Source: Eledone cirrhosa
Lineage: Eukaryota
Length of the DNA: 64,000 nucleotides
NCBI GenBank assembly: GCA_964016885.1
Contig: OZ024740.1
Coordinates: 223,882,001-223,946,000 of the forward strand
Direction of reading: 5' to 3'
Positions within the stretch are counted from its first letter, which is position 1; every line of letters starts with the position of its first letter. The notes below the pieces were generated by a model that was not told the origin of the DNA, did not search any database, and saw only the letters and a list, made by a program, of their open reading frames with translations. A program made the position numbers and the translations under genes. This document shows positions 26,176 through 38,230 of this stretch, piece after piece.

Positions 26176-26563
26176 AGCTACGACTATTATTACCACTATC
26201 ACCACTATTACTACAACTGACCACCACCTCACCAACTACTACTACAACTGACCACCACCAACTACTACTACTAATACTACTATCTCTATACTTGCACCCA
26301 CATATATGTATGTAAGACTGTGGACGTATGTATCGATGTTAGTGTTGTATACCAGTGTATATCAGTGCATCAGCTACGACTATTATTACCACTATCACCA
26401 CTACTACTACAACTGAACACCACCACCAACTAGTTCTACAACTGACCACCACCAACTACTACTACTAATACTACTACCTCTATACTTGCACCCACATATA
26501 TGTATGTAAGACTGTAGAGTATGTATCGATGTTAGTGTTGTATACCAGTGTATATCAGTGCAT
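26176..26563. repeat. Tandem duplication of a unit of about 194 bp
   Basis: CAGCTACGACTATTATTACCACTAT...GTGTATATCAGTGCAT occurs twice head-to-tail. Confidence 0.92.
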
Positions 26564-26806
26564 CTAGTTTCATGCTGCTATACTATATGTTACAATTTAA
26601 CCTTTCAATAAATAGAGATCAAGAAGTGCCAAACACAATACAAGTACTGGGACTATTTCAATCCCCTAAAAGCTCTGAAGCTGGTGCCTCAGCGTGGCCA
26701 CAATAACAGTATAGTCAAATAATGGAAACCAATACAAAAAAAGGAAGAAATATGTATAGCATTTCTATAGATCTAACTTATGAATAAAGACATTTTTGAA
26801 AATATA

Positions 26807-27194
26807 TTTGCATAGCTACAGCTTCCTAAAACTGTATTTCTTTAGAAATACATTTCTATACATATTGTATACAGCTATGATTGAAGCGAAATCTTATTTC
26901 TTTTCTATTATAAGTTGAGCCAACTTATGCAGCTTCATATGCAAATGAGATTAATCACATCACTTACACAGACTGTTTTCAAGTCCAGAGGTAGCAAGCG
27001 GTGGGAGGGACCGTCCTGACGAAGGCCAGTCAAGCCTGAAATGCATAGACGGTTGCCCCACTTGCTTCTGCTGGACACCACCAGCCACGGTGTTTGCATA
27101 GCTACGGCTTCCTAAAACCTTATTTCTTTAGAAATACGAAACTTTCTATACATATTGTATAAAGCTATGCTTGAAGCAAAATCTTATTTCTTTT
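26807..27194 (+). mobile_element. Non-coding hammerhead element, family B, copy with direct terminal repeats of about 100 bp and a 286-nt period (retrozyme-like)
   Basis: CATAGCTAC..CTTCCTAAAA..TATTTCTTTAGAAATAC..AATCTTATTTCTTTT starts at 26811 and again at 27097, with a hammerhead in between and no ORF. Confidence 0.85.
27010..27053 (+). ncRNA. Minimal type I hammerhead ribozyme, intact, predicted cleavage after A27047
   Basis: ACCGTC-CTGACGA-AGGC(cagtcaa)GCCT-GAA-ATGCAT-A-GACGGT. Helix I extends through GTGGG/CCCAC, AGCAAG/CTTGCT and GTCCAG/CTGGAC. Confidence 0.92.
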
Positions 27195-27620
27195 ATATGA
27201 ATTTAAGTTTTTTATGTGTCTTGTACAAAAGAGAATTAATGATATACAAGCCGAGCCCTAATTAGCTTTCGTCATTAACACCTATAGCTCTACATCCATG
27301 ATTTCATACTTGCTAGGCCTCTTACTGTTGTACTCACTCCCTAATGATGACTACCTTTGGACAGGGCATCTTCTTACCCTTGTCCCATGATAACTTCGCT
27401 GGTGTTGGTGTCATGATAAAAATGTACCAAACTACTTTCTATAAAGTGGTTGATATTATGAAGGGCAACCACTCATAAAAACCATGCCAAAACGGTTGAG
27501 TGAACTCCTCAGTGATGTCCTGGACGTGACAAACACTCTAGAGGTGGTATCATGACAAATATACCCAGTAAACTCTGTAAAGTGCTGGAATATATGTAAG
27601 GAAGTTATAGATCATTGATC

Positions 27621-27845
27621 TGTAGCGCTCTCTAAACAAAGGGAAGTAGCTAGAGTTACTTCCCGTAGAATTTCTAGAATATTCCTTAAACTTCCGTTCC
27701 AGGTATTATAAAAGAAAGAGCAAAGGGCAATCTCCCTCTTTTGGCAGCAGGCTCTCGAACTGGCCACAGCAAGCACAAATATGTTAAATGTTTCTAATCC
27801 TATCTTGTATTTCAGGATTACACCATATCATGTCACGAGGTACGT
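27621..27845 (+). mobile_element. Gypsy-like LTR copy A (3'-truncated)
   Basis: Starts TGTAGCG, has TATA-like TATTATAAAAG, matches the LTR copies at 27861, 28409 and 30237. Confidence 0.8.
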
Positions 27846-27860
27846 CTGAGAGGGGAGTCT

Positions 27861-28109
27861 TGTAGCGCTCTCTAGACAAATGGGAGTAGTTAGAGTTACT
27901 TCCCGTAAAATTTCTAGAACATTCCTTGAACTTCCGTTCCAGGTATTATCAAAGAAAGAGCAATCTCCCTCTTTTGGCAGCAGGCTCTCGAACTGACCAC
28001 ACCAAGCACAGATATGTTAAACTTTTCTAATCCTATCTTGTATTTCAGGATTACACGATATCATTACATGAGGTACGTTTTGTTACCAAATTGTAATACA
28101 CGCACTACA
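27861..28109 (+). mobile_element. Gypsy-like 3' LTR copy B, with polypurine tract within 27846-27860
   Basis: Termini TGTAGCG...CACTACA, with GAGAGGGGAG just upstream. Confidence 0.85.
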
Positions 28110-28231
28110 ATAAATACAAGTTGTTATTGATACTCGTTTTGAGATATTCGTCATGCTTCAATTATTACTTCGAATGTAGAGAGATAATTCTAACCAAGAA
28201 AAATTACATAAAAGTTCTTCTATATCTTCTT

Positions 28232-28261
28232 CAGTGGTATTTACTGGAGTAAATACCACTG
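28232..28261. other. Perfect 14-bp-stem hairpin at the centre of the LTR B/C palindrome
   Basis: CAGTGGTATTTACT-GG-AGTAAATACCACTG. A variant GTTATTTACT-GG-AGTAAATAAC lies at 30644-30665. Confidence 0.95.
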
Positions 28262-28408
28262 CATGTCAACCACTAATTTAATTTGAAAGAAGATAAAGAA
28301 GAAATTTTATGTAATTTTTCTTGGTTAGAATTATCTCTCTAGATTCGAAGTAATAATTGAAGCATGACGAATATCTCAAAACAAGTATCAATAACAACTT
28401 GTATTTAT

Positions 28409-28972
28409 TGTAGTGCGTGTATTACAATTTGGTAACAAAACGTACCTCGTGACATGATATGGTGTAATCCTGAAATACAAGATAGGATAAGAAAAGTTTA
28501 ACATATCTGTGCTTGGTGTGGTCAGTTCGAGAGCCTGCTGCCAAAAGTGGGAGATTGCTCTTTCTTTTATAATACCTAGAACGGAAGTTCAAGGAATGTT
28601 CTAGAAATTCTATGGGAAGTAACTCTAACTACTCCAATTTGTCTAGAGAGCGCTACAAGACTCCCCTCTCAGACGAGAAGTATAATAACCAACCGAAGGT
28701 CATTGTAGCCAGAACCCGTAAGAAATGAGGAGCAAAGCAAAGGTACAAGAAAGTGCATGAATAAAACATGAGCTCGCAACTGAAGCAAATAGCAAAAAAG
28801 CACAAAACAAGTAAATGCATTTTACAAAGAAAACATTTTTTACCGCACAAGGATGATGCAGAAAAAATGTAAATGTAACAAAACTGATAACTCAAAGTTA
28901 ATATAAAGGAGCAGAGAAAAATTAATGCTCAATGGTAAGTTCAAAGTTTCTTCAAAATCAAATAGTTCATAC
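28409..28972 (-). mobile_element. Gypsy-like 3' LTR copy C (28409-28657) with PPT and about 300 bp of 3' internal sequence, inverted
   Basis: Reverse complement of about 29918-30492. Confidence 0.85.
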
Positions 28973-29439
28973 ATCACCAGTGTACAAATAGTTCATCACC
29001 AGTGTACAGTGTACAGATTGGTTCGTGAAGACGTTCCCTGACAATAAACGAAAAGAAAGCGAGGATAATACGTCGTTATGTGGACTGAGAAGAACAATTT
29101 CATGCAAAGACAAGACCAAGTTTATGGTATAAATGGAGTCGTTAGACTAATATTCTATTTAAAATAACCGAATGATTTCCAGCCCCGGAGTTTAAGAACG
29201 ATTTAAATAAAATTGAAAACGAAAATGACAGAGGTTATTAAAATAGTAAAAGTAAATAGTGAAGATTTAGGCCAGTACATACGTATGCGCTGACGAAAAT
29301 ACACATGCATATACATACGCACACACACATACACACGCACGTGCATGTGTGTGTAAGACTTATGCATTTCTACAGTATTTTCACCAAACTTAAGACATAG
29401 GTTACGTATGTACTCCAGATGGTCATGGGCACTTTCATT

Positions 29440-29852
29440 TTTCCGGATATTGATTATAGGACCTCCCAGCAGATAACCCCCTTCAACCGCTTCCTTGGAG
29501 GCGACTGAAGCACTGCAGTGCAATACAACAAAACGTCATAAATTCTGCAGTTCGCAACCGATTTTCACAAAACTTGACACATGGGCTACGTTTGTTCTAC
29601 AGATGAATGTGAATTGGCACATATTGAGTTATGGTTGACACCAGTTCGATAGAACAAATTGCTGCCTCTGCGGACAGAATTATGGAATTTTCTAGGGGAC
29701 CTACCTCGGCTAATTCGGTCAATTGCTTCTTCTATTCTTAAGGAACAGCATGCCTCGCCTAGTGAGGAAGCCATGTTGAGAGCTGTTGACGGGTTAACAC
29801 GTCAAGTAGCTAAACTGTGTCATGATCGAGCGCCACGAAGTCGGTCTTTTCA
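29440..29852 (+). mobile_element. Decayed Gypsy gag-like fragment
   Basis: Manual translation gives PADNP, MVDTSSIEQIAASADRIMEFSRG and EAMLRAVDGLTRQVAKLCHDRAPRSRS, resembling the LA..AD.I.E / coiled-coil / RSRS pattern of invertebrate Gypsy Gag. It lies just 5' of the PPT-LTR segment. Confidence 0.6.
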
Positions 29853-29911
29853 CCCCTTGTAGCATTAACAAACTCTTTTCAGTTTCAGATGGAATTAGTT
29901 TCAGAAAATTC

Positions 29912-30492
29912 TGTACACTGTATGAACTATTTGATTTTGAAGAAACTTTGAACTTACCACTGAGCATTAATTTTTCTCTGCTCCTTTATGTTAACTTTGA
30001 GTTATCGGTTTTGTTACATTTACATTTTTTCTGCATCATCCTTGTGCAGCAAAAAACAATTTTTCTTTGTAAAATGCATTTACTTGTTTTGTGCTTTTTG
30101 GCTATTTGCTTCAGTTGCGAGCTCATGTTTTATTCATGCACTTTCTTGTACATTTGCTTTGCTCCTCATTTCTTACGGGATCTCGCTACAATGACCTTCG
30201 GTTGGTTATTAGACTTCTCGGCTGAGAGGGGAGTCTTGTAGCGCTCTCTAGACAAAAGAAGTAGCTAGAGTTACTTCCCATAGAATTTCTAGAACATACC
30301 TTGAACATCCGTTCCAGGTATTATAAAAGAAAGAGCAAAGAGCAATCTCCCTCTTTTTGGTAGCAGGCTCTCGAACTGACCACACCAAGCACAGATATGT
30401 TAAATTTTTCTAATCCTATCTTGTACTTCAAGATTACACCATATCATGTCACGAAGTACATTTTGTTACCAAATTGTAATACACGCACTACA
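29912..30492 (+). mobile_element. Gypsy-like 3' internal region, PPT and LTR copy D (30237-30492)
   Basis: CTGAGAGGGGAGTCT followed by TGTAGCG...CACTACA. Confidence 0.85.
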
Positions 30493-33400
30493 ATAAATAC
30501 AAGTTGTAATTGATACTCGTTTTGAGATATTCGTCATGCTTCAATTGTTACTTCGAATCTAGAGAGATAATTCTAACCAAGAAAAATTACATAAAAGTTC
30601 TTCTATATCTTCTTTCAAATTAAATTAGTGGTTGGCATGCAATGTTATTTACTGGAGTAAATAACCCTATGACCAACCCTCTAAAGACCCATCTGAGAAG
30701 TGAATTATTCCCTTTAAGTTCTGATCTGGTCTGTGACAACCCATACAACCCATGTCAACATTTAAAAGAAATGGTACACAAGGATTATGAAAGAAATATA
30801 AAATGCAAACTTGCAAATGACAGCATTTTGATCATTTAATATAACTATATAAACTTACAAGAATTTTCTCTGCATGTATCACTTTTGTAATCATGTTTAT
30901 ATCACAATGGTTTTTGTTTATTCACATTTCTTAACAGTAAACTAGTAAGCTAATTATGGCCTAGTTTCTATATGTTCCTTAAAGCTAAGCATAAATGAAA
31001 ATTTGATTAACCTATTTATGTAAATTCAGCACAAATTATGCTATTGTTGGGTAAGCTATGCATTATTTCTTAGTAATATAATACAAAAAATATATATACT
31101 ATATGTAGTGGGTACAACATCCTAAGACTTGGTTCAATATTTCTGTTTCATAACTTCTATTTTCTAAGTTTTACATTTTCTATTGTATGTTTTCTGTATT
31201 TACATTTATCAAAATTCAGTATTTGCATGTTTATAGTTCTCATCCTAGAACTAAAGACTTACATTTATACATAACATAATCTAGTTTCTTTCAATGCAAT
31301 AAATTATCGAAGGAAAACCAAGACACTTTTGTTTCAGCTCACTACATCTATGTATAATAGCTTATTTCATAGAAATTGCTTTTATTCATGAGGAGGACAC
31401 AGATGTATAACAGAGTGTAAATACAAACAGTGTGTGACTGATGTAAATGTTGGTTGTATCTGCCAATGGAAAACTTTGTTGAATAGCAGAAAATGTGTAT
31501 CAACATCTAATGATGGATGTTCATTTATCTGAAGTCAATATTGTCTGTTTCATATGCAAGCTATTTAGCTCTTATTTCACATTAGCATTACACACTGTAT
31601 TCCTAACACTAGATATAGTTATAGCAGAGGTTTAACTAGGACATTATGAAAATGAGATCATTTATGAATTATACTTTCTTCATTTCTAATATTTGAAAGA
31701 TTGTGGGGATAAAGGTATTCTATTTTTAATATCTTTCTTTATGCAGGGATTGCAAGTATGAACTGTAGAATCTGATCCACTTGACACCTACTTTAAAATT
31801 CATACACATGTAGCCAGTTGCTCTTGAGAACATTAACAGAAATAATGTTGTTACCCTTGATATATCATCAATGCCTTTGACAATGACTTATTTGAGATGT
31901 TGTCCGAGATGTATAAGGAACATGAAATGAATCACCTTTTATGAATACAACTTCATCTATAATTCGGGTTATATTTTTTAAAGTGCATTGTCTCAATGTC
32001 TGATTAGTAACTGTCGACAATATAGCTTTTACCTGGGAATATTTGTAAAGAAATTATTGTAAATTTTATATTTTACTTTTCTATACTAATGTAATAAATA
32101 ATATTTTGAAAGAGAAAAGTTTTTTTTCCTTTAGATCATTATCTGCATTATTTTGAGAAATAAGTGTTATGAAAAGCAACTGATAAAGAAGACGATATGA
32201 AATTGCTATTTACAAAAGTATTCTATCATTTCTCATGGATTTTTATGAAGATATTTCATGATTATAATGAAATTTTAAATGTGAATTAACACAAATTTTA
32301 TTGCTGCAATAAAATTGTAATGAAGAAATGCCTTAATAGACGGAAAGTGAAAGTTGTTAATGAAATGCTAAAATGATCTAAACAATAATATTGAGACCAG
32401 CATTCTATGAAAGCAGCTCATGGGTAGGCCACTGGATTGTTAGTTTACAGAGATGGCTGGTGAAGGAAGATGGAATGGCATACGAGAATAGAATATACAG
32501 TTCCATCTTTAAGTGATTAATAGCATGGTAAAAGTAAGAAAGGGGGAAGAAGAGAATATGTTTAATGCCTTTATAAAACTTGGAGTATTTTAATTGCTGT
32601 ATTGACAAGTGAATAGGTGGTAAGCAATCAAAGTGATATTGCTAGAAACACTTCTCTCAATTAGCTGGGCATTTCTTGATATTTCCCAAAAGAAAAAAAT
32701 AGTTATAAAGTGGATACTTGTCTGATTATTCATGTCATCATTTTTATTTTTCTGAAATGAAGAGAAATTAAAATAGCTATTGCTTTTTGATTAGCTTAAT
32801 ATTTTTTTTTTTTTTTTTTTTACAGTAATTATAGCATTTAAAAACTTTCTGAATAGAAAATAGTGATGAGCAAAAATCTTTTTCTTAACATACTTTTTAA
32901 ACTAAACAATAAATTATTATAATTAATTTTATTTTTACAAGGGCCTATATTTCTTAGGCACTAAAGTTTATTCTTCAAAGAGGATGGTGTATTTTCAGAA
33001 TGTTAAATATCTTGATAACTCTACAAAACACCTGGAAATAATCTCATTATTTAGCCGGAGTAATAAAAATAATTATAACACCCTCTGTTACAACAAGAAA
33101 AAGAAAAAGAAGGAAAAATATGCAATTATTTCTTTGTACTATAAATCCTCTAAGTTGCCAAAAGACTAAGATCTCTTGTCTCATACATCAAATACAGTTT
33201 AAGAATCCAAAAATATAGACTGTTTGAGAATTATTATAGTAAAGTTGCCAAGCAAGTAACACATTATTCTTATTCAGCAACATTTATCATTTGCATTCTA
33301 AAGAGTATATTTAGTTCACGAACTCATATAAGATTTGTTTGATAAAATGGTTGAAAATGAGTTTCAGAATATATGTAAAAATCTGAGAATATATCTGGCT

Positions 33401-36225
33401 AAAAGAGAAAGACCATAATTTTATCATCATTTATCAGCACCAAATCTGTTAAGTAGTTTAGTCGTGAAAAGGTAACACATTTTAACCATTTCATTACTAT
33501 ATTTCTAATGAAGAACATTGCATTTGATTTTCAAATAATTTTAAAAATAAAATAGAAGAATTTATTAATATAAATGTCTCATTATTTAACTAGTGTTTGG
33601 AAAATAACTTAAAGGATCATCATGAATTTATGATGAAAATTGTTTAGATAAAAATAATCATTATATAAAAATAGTTTGGGATTGTAGAAACATAGGTAGC
33701 TTGGTATTGGAAGGATTAAAATCACTGTGTGACTAATAGATTCATCTCACCAAATATTTGTTATGCCTACTGCTTTGTTTCAATGCTATATGATTATATT
33801 TAATCTAGGGAGAATTAAGATATACCATTATTCCATCTGATTTAGAATTCTGTCTTCTTCATAGGTCATTTTTATTCAGAGAGATAATTGTGCCTCCCTT
33901 AGCACAGAGAGTTATAACATGACTATATACAAACCAACTAAAGAGCGCCACTACAAAGCTGCTTATTGTGCTAGAAATAGCAGCAATATCTTCCTTAACT
34001 AATTCACTACAATAGTTTTAATGAAAAGCAATGTCTATGATTTTCAGATAATTTTGAAAATAAACAAGAATTTGAAGGGATTTTTAAAAAAGAACTGTTT
34101 GGAACATAACTTTGTATATGTCTTCATATAAAATTATGATGCAAAGTTTTAAGATAAATACAAATACTTTAAAATAAGCAATTTTATATCATAAACATAG
34201 AGCAGATTTCCTGTGGTTAAATCACACATTGCTTTTTTAAACAAGAATAGAAAATGTATATTAAATAATTAAGCCATAGATAACCCCTTAAAAAGACATG
34301 ATGGTCATGGAAGTCCTAACTCCTTTATTTTATTGAAGCCAGAATGATGAATGGCTAAGTTGATATTTTCTTACAGGCATTGTCCACAAGTAACCCAGAC
34401 ACTTCCAGTCAAACAACTATCACTTTTACAAGCAGTGATGTAGAATGGTGACATGACAAATTAATGTCATTCTCAAACTACCAGGACATATGGAGAATGA
34501 CTCTTCATTATGTTTCATGTACTTTCTGACTTGCTGATATTTAAGGTGAATATCAGCTACACCTATCTCTCTAGTCAGTTAGAGACTGAAATGGCTGTAA
34601 GGCTAATCAACACCATCAAATACTAACACTATTCGTGTTGCTGATAAGTATGATATTGTTGGTTTAACTGGTAAAACTACTGGAAGAGTTTTGATAAAAT
34701 GTTAAAAGGATGAGTGTATAATTATTAATTCTTTCATGATTTCAACATTTTTAATGAAATACACTGCTGATGTGTTGCAATATATTTTATTTAGAAATAA
34801 TGTAAAAATTCAAAAGAGTTCAATATCTCACTTCATCATTAGTGTGCTGACGTTTGGAAAATTACTTAACAAAATGTTCTGATACACAATTATGACCGAC
34901 ACATTTAATTCAAGCACATTAAAACAAGTGACTTTGTTTCATCAACAAAGAGTGATCTCAGGTGAGTTGTTATAAAAAGGGTTTATAATTAATTATAATT
35001 AATTTCACTTCATTGGGATAGGCATCATTCATAAAAGCATTCTCTCTTTGAACCTTTTCGATAGGGATTTCAGACCCAGTCATTTTAACTAATCTCCCAT
35101 TAATAGCATTGATTTTATATATGTTATTTAAATTTGCGTCGTTATCATTGTTTTTATGTTCGTTTTTACATATATGGACAAATTGAACAAATGCTGGAGC
35201 TAAACCTGATTTTCTAGGATGTAAATCAACAGAAAATGAAAGCCTGTCTATTGCAGAGTTAATCTCCAGTGAGGAAAAAACAGACTACCAATCTGAAAAT
35301 CTAATTCTTTGCCTTAAATTTCTGAGCCCAACACACTAACAATTCGGCCATACAGCTTCAGTTATCTTCATCTTTATCATCATTATTTAATGTCCATAGT
35401 TATTAGTAGTAATAGATGGTTGAGTCATGTGAGATCAAGTCAGTATTTAATTGGGGCTGCAACTTACATACATTTCTGCACTACACAGAGTGAAATGGAT
35501 GCCTTTTATCATATGTTAGGGAGATTGTCATGTTTGTGACCTAATTTGAGTATTTTCGACCCTTTGTTTCACAAGTTTTATTATGGCTGGATACCCTTCC
35601 TATCACTAACATTGTACACAATATACTGGGTATGTTTTATCATTGTGCCAACACCGAAGAGGATTCTATAACATTGACAGAATTGAAGAATCTTCTCAAA
35701 GTTTTATTTGGCAGGTTTGGCTTTTTTAGGCTGGATTCACTTTCTAATGCCAACAACTTTACAGGGTGTACTGGATGCATTTTTTGTGGCACCAGGCTAA
35801 AGATATTATCATCTCTGTGACATGAGAGAAGAGTCTTCTCCATACTTTTTACATGCTTTTGACTGCAGGATATGATACCAAGGGGTTAGTGTGTAGGATT
35901 TAACAGGGTTGTAAGGAAGAAAGAGGATTAAGGAGGATAGAATGGGGTGAGTAAAGTAAGGGTGAAAATCTTTACTAAGAAGCAATAGTGGTGCAATTGG
36001 TATGAATAGGTTAGGTCACTTTCATATTTTATACTTGTAAGCAAGTCTCCAGTAGAGAATTGCACTAATCGTTGAGGTATTATCTACATATAACACACTA
36101 AATAAGTTAGATTTTTAATACACTGTCGAAATAGTTACTCTAATAAGATGATAGGATTTATGTTTAGTATGGAGGAAAGGATCAGGGCAAGGTCATGAAT
36201 TTGTCAGGAGAGTATAGTGGATAAT

Positions 36226-36414
36226 AATTGTTTCTACTTTTGGCACAAGGCCAGCAATTACCCAGTGCATTACTGGTACTTTATTTTATCGACCCCGGAA
36301 GGATGAAAGGTAAAGTTAACCTCGGCGGGATTTGAACGCAGATCATACAGGGAGGTAACTCTATGCTTCAAAGCATGGCATCCGACCCTCTACCAATACT
36401 GCCAATCCACCGCC
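36226..36414 (-). mobile_element. tRNA-derived SINE, apparently full length, with target site duplication
   Basis: Same family as 6371 and 22652. TAGTGGATAAT is duplicated on both flanks (about 36215 and 36416). Confidence 0.88.
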
Positions 36415-37574
36415 TTAGTGGATAATAATGATCGCAATGTTTAGCTGGTACCTTAGTTCATTGACCCGAGAAGAATGGAAGGTACAGTCCACCTTGGTGA
36501 TATTTGAACTCACTGAACCATAGCCTAGGTCCAGGCGCATTTTCCAGGAGCGCATTGCAGGGATATGAAGATGGTGATATAAAGAAAGGTTTGAGGCCTA
36601 CAACAGTTTTATGCTCTGCATGCAGATTGTGTCTGCAAATTTATCAATCCACTACTGGTTCAATCTTCCTCTGAATCTGAAGCTTGAAAATGTGGTGCTA
36701 TAGGCTCACATGGTCAGCTGAGTACTTAGAATTCTGATTAGGTAACAAACTATTTGATATGGTGATGAGCTATGAGGTGGCTAATAGGTATGCAATATTC
36801 TCTTATATTACTGGAAGAATGTTTCATTTACACAAGAAACTGTTCGTATTGAAATGGATTTCCATTTTCAAATAGGAGTAGAAGCTAATTATCTACCAGT
36901 CACATTAAAGCAGGCAGAATTATGGCTTGTCCTACAATGTTCTTTACATAACACAGTAAGAAAAATTCATTCCTAAAGCACTTGTATCCCTGGAACAACT
37001 GTGTTAAGATGACAAGGTTTTAGCTGATAATATCACCAAATGCAAGCCAACTACTGAAGCATTATGTGGTGTTGAGGTCTGCTATAAAAAATCAGTCAAA
37101 TCTCCCTTAAACCACATATCACTACCTTAAATAAAGGAAGATTACAGTAGATAACAAAGCTCTAAAAAGACAATGGTTGTAATGCATTTGAGCTTATGTC
37201 TGCTCAACAAGATCAACTTGAAGCTAAACAATAGCAGTGCTGCAGTCTATTGTGGTTTGCTTTATACCACATTTCAATACACCATCACTTAAGCAGCTGT
37301 TATATTTAGTCTTTATGTGCTCCTTCAAACACTTCTAAGTGATGAGTATGATATATTTTCCAGTTTAACCACTGCTGACTCAACAACAAAATGGATTGGG
37401 AAGCTCTCTAAGAAATATTTTCAATATAAACATAATATATGTTATATTGAATTGAAATAGAGTGTTAGATAAAATACATTGGTATATATGTATACTCTAA
37501 TTATAATTATTACCAACTGAGTGCAGTAATGCAGCAGCTTCAGAATTCAGTTAGCAAAAGAAGGGATGTAGGCA

Positions 37575-38230
37575 TAAAAACCAAACTTGCTATCTTCAAT
37601 TCGGTTTTTGTGGCAACGCATACCTACGGTCATGAATCTCGGGTAATGACTGAAAGAATATGATTATGATTACAAGTGGCTGAAATGGGATTCCTCCAAA
37701 GGGTCTTTAAAGTAATGTCACTCAATAAAGTGCATAACTTGGAGATACTAGAATGTCTCAGGAAAGAATTGTAGGATAAATTTTATTGGCGAAAACCAAC
37801 TGACAAGAGACCGCAGGGTAGACGCCAAGCAAGATGGTTGGATAATATCCATAAACTTGGCTGGTCATGCTTGGAGATCTAGCCAGATCAGTTGCAGACG
37901 GTTGCTTCTGACAAGATCTGCTGGAAGGAGAATTTGAGGACTCCTCCCCCACGACCCTCTCAGGAATAAGTGGGCAAAGAAGTGACAAGATTTAGATGGT
38001 TTGGGCACATTGGCATGATGAGTGAAAACAACTCTGTCAAACAAACATGGAAAATGGAAAATAAATGGCAGATGACCTGTTGGAAAGACCAAGAAAACGT
38101 TTGAACATTAACATAAAGGAAGATCTATTGACATAGGAGGATGCTTTGGAAAGTGATAGCTGGAGAAAACATATCAGTTTACAAAAGCCACAACCTGCAA
38201 CGTTGCTGGATCAAGTGGATGATGATGTTT
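37575..38230 (+). mobile_element. Decayed 3' fragment(s) of an RTE-clade LINE
   Basis: KTKLAIFNSVFVATHTYGHES.VMTERI..QVAEMGFLQRV and KRPQGRRQARWLDNI. Paralog of 8300-8700. Confidence 0.75.
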
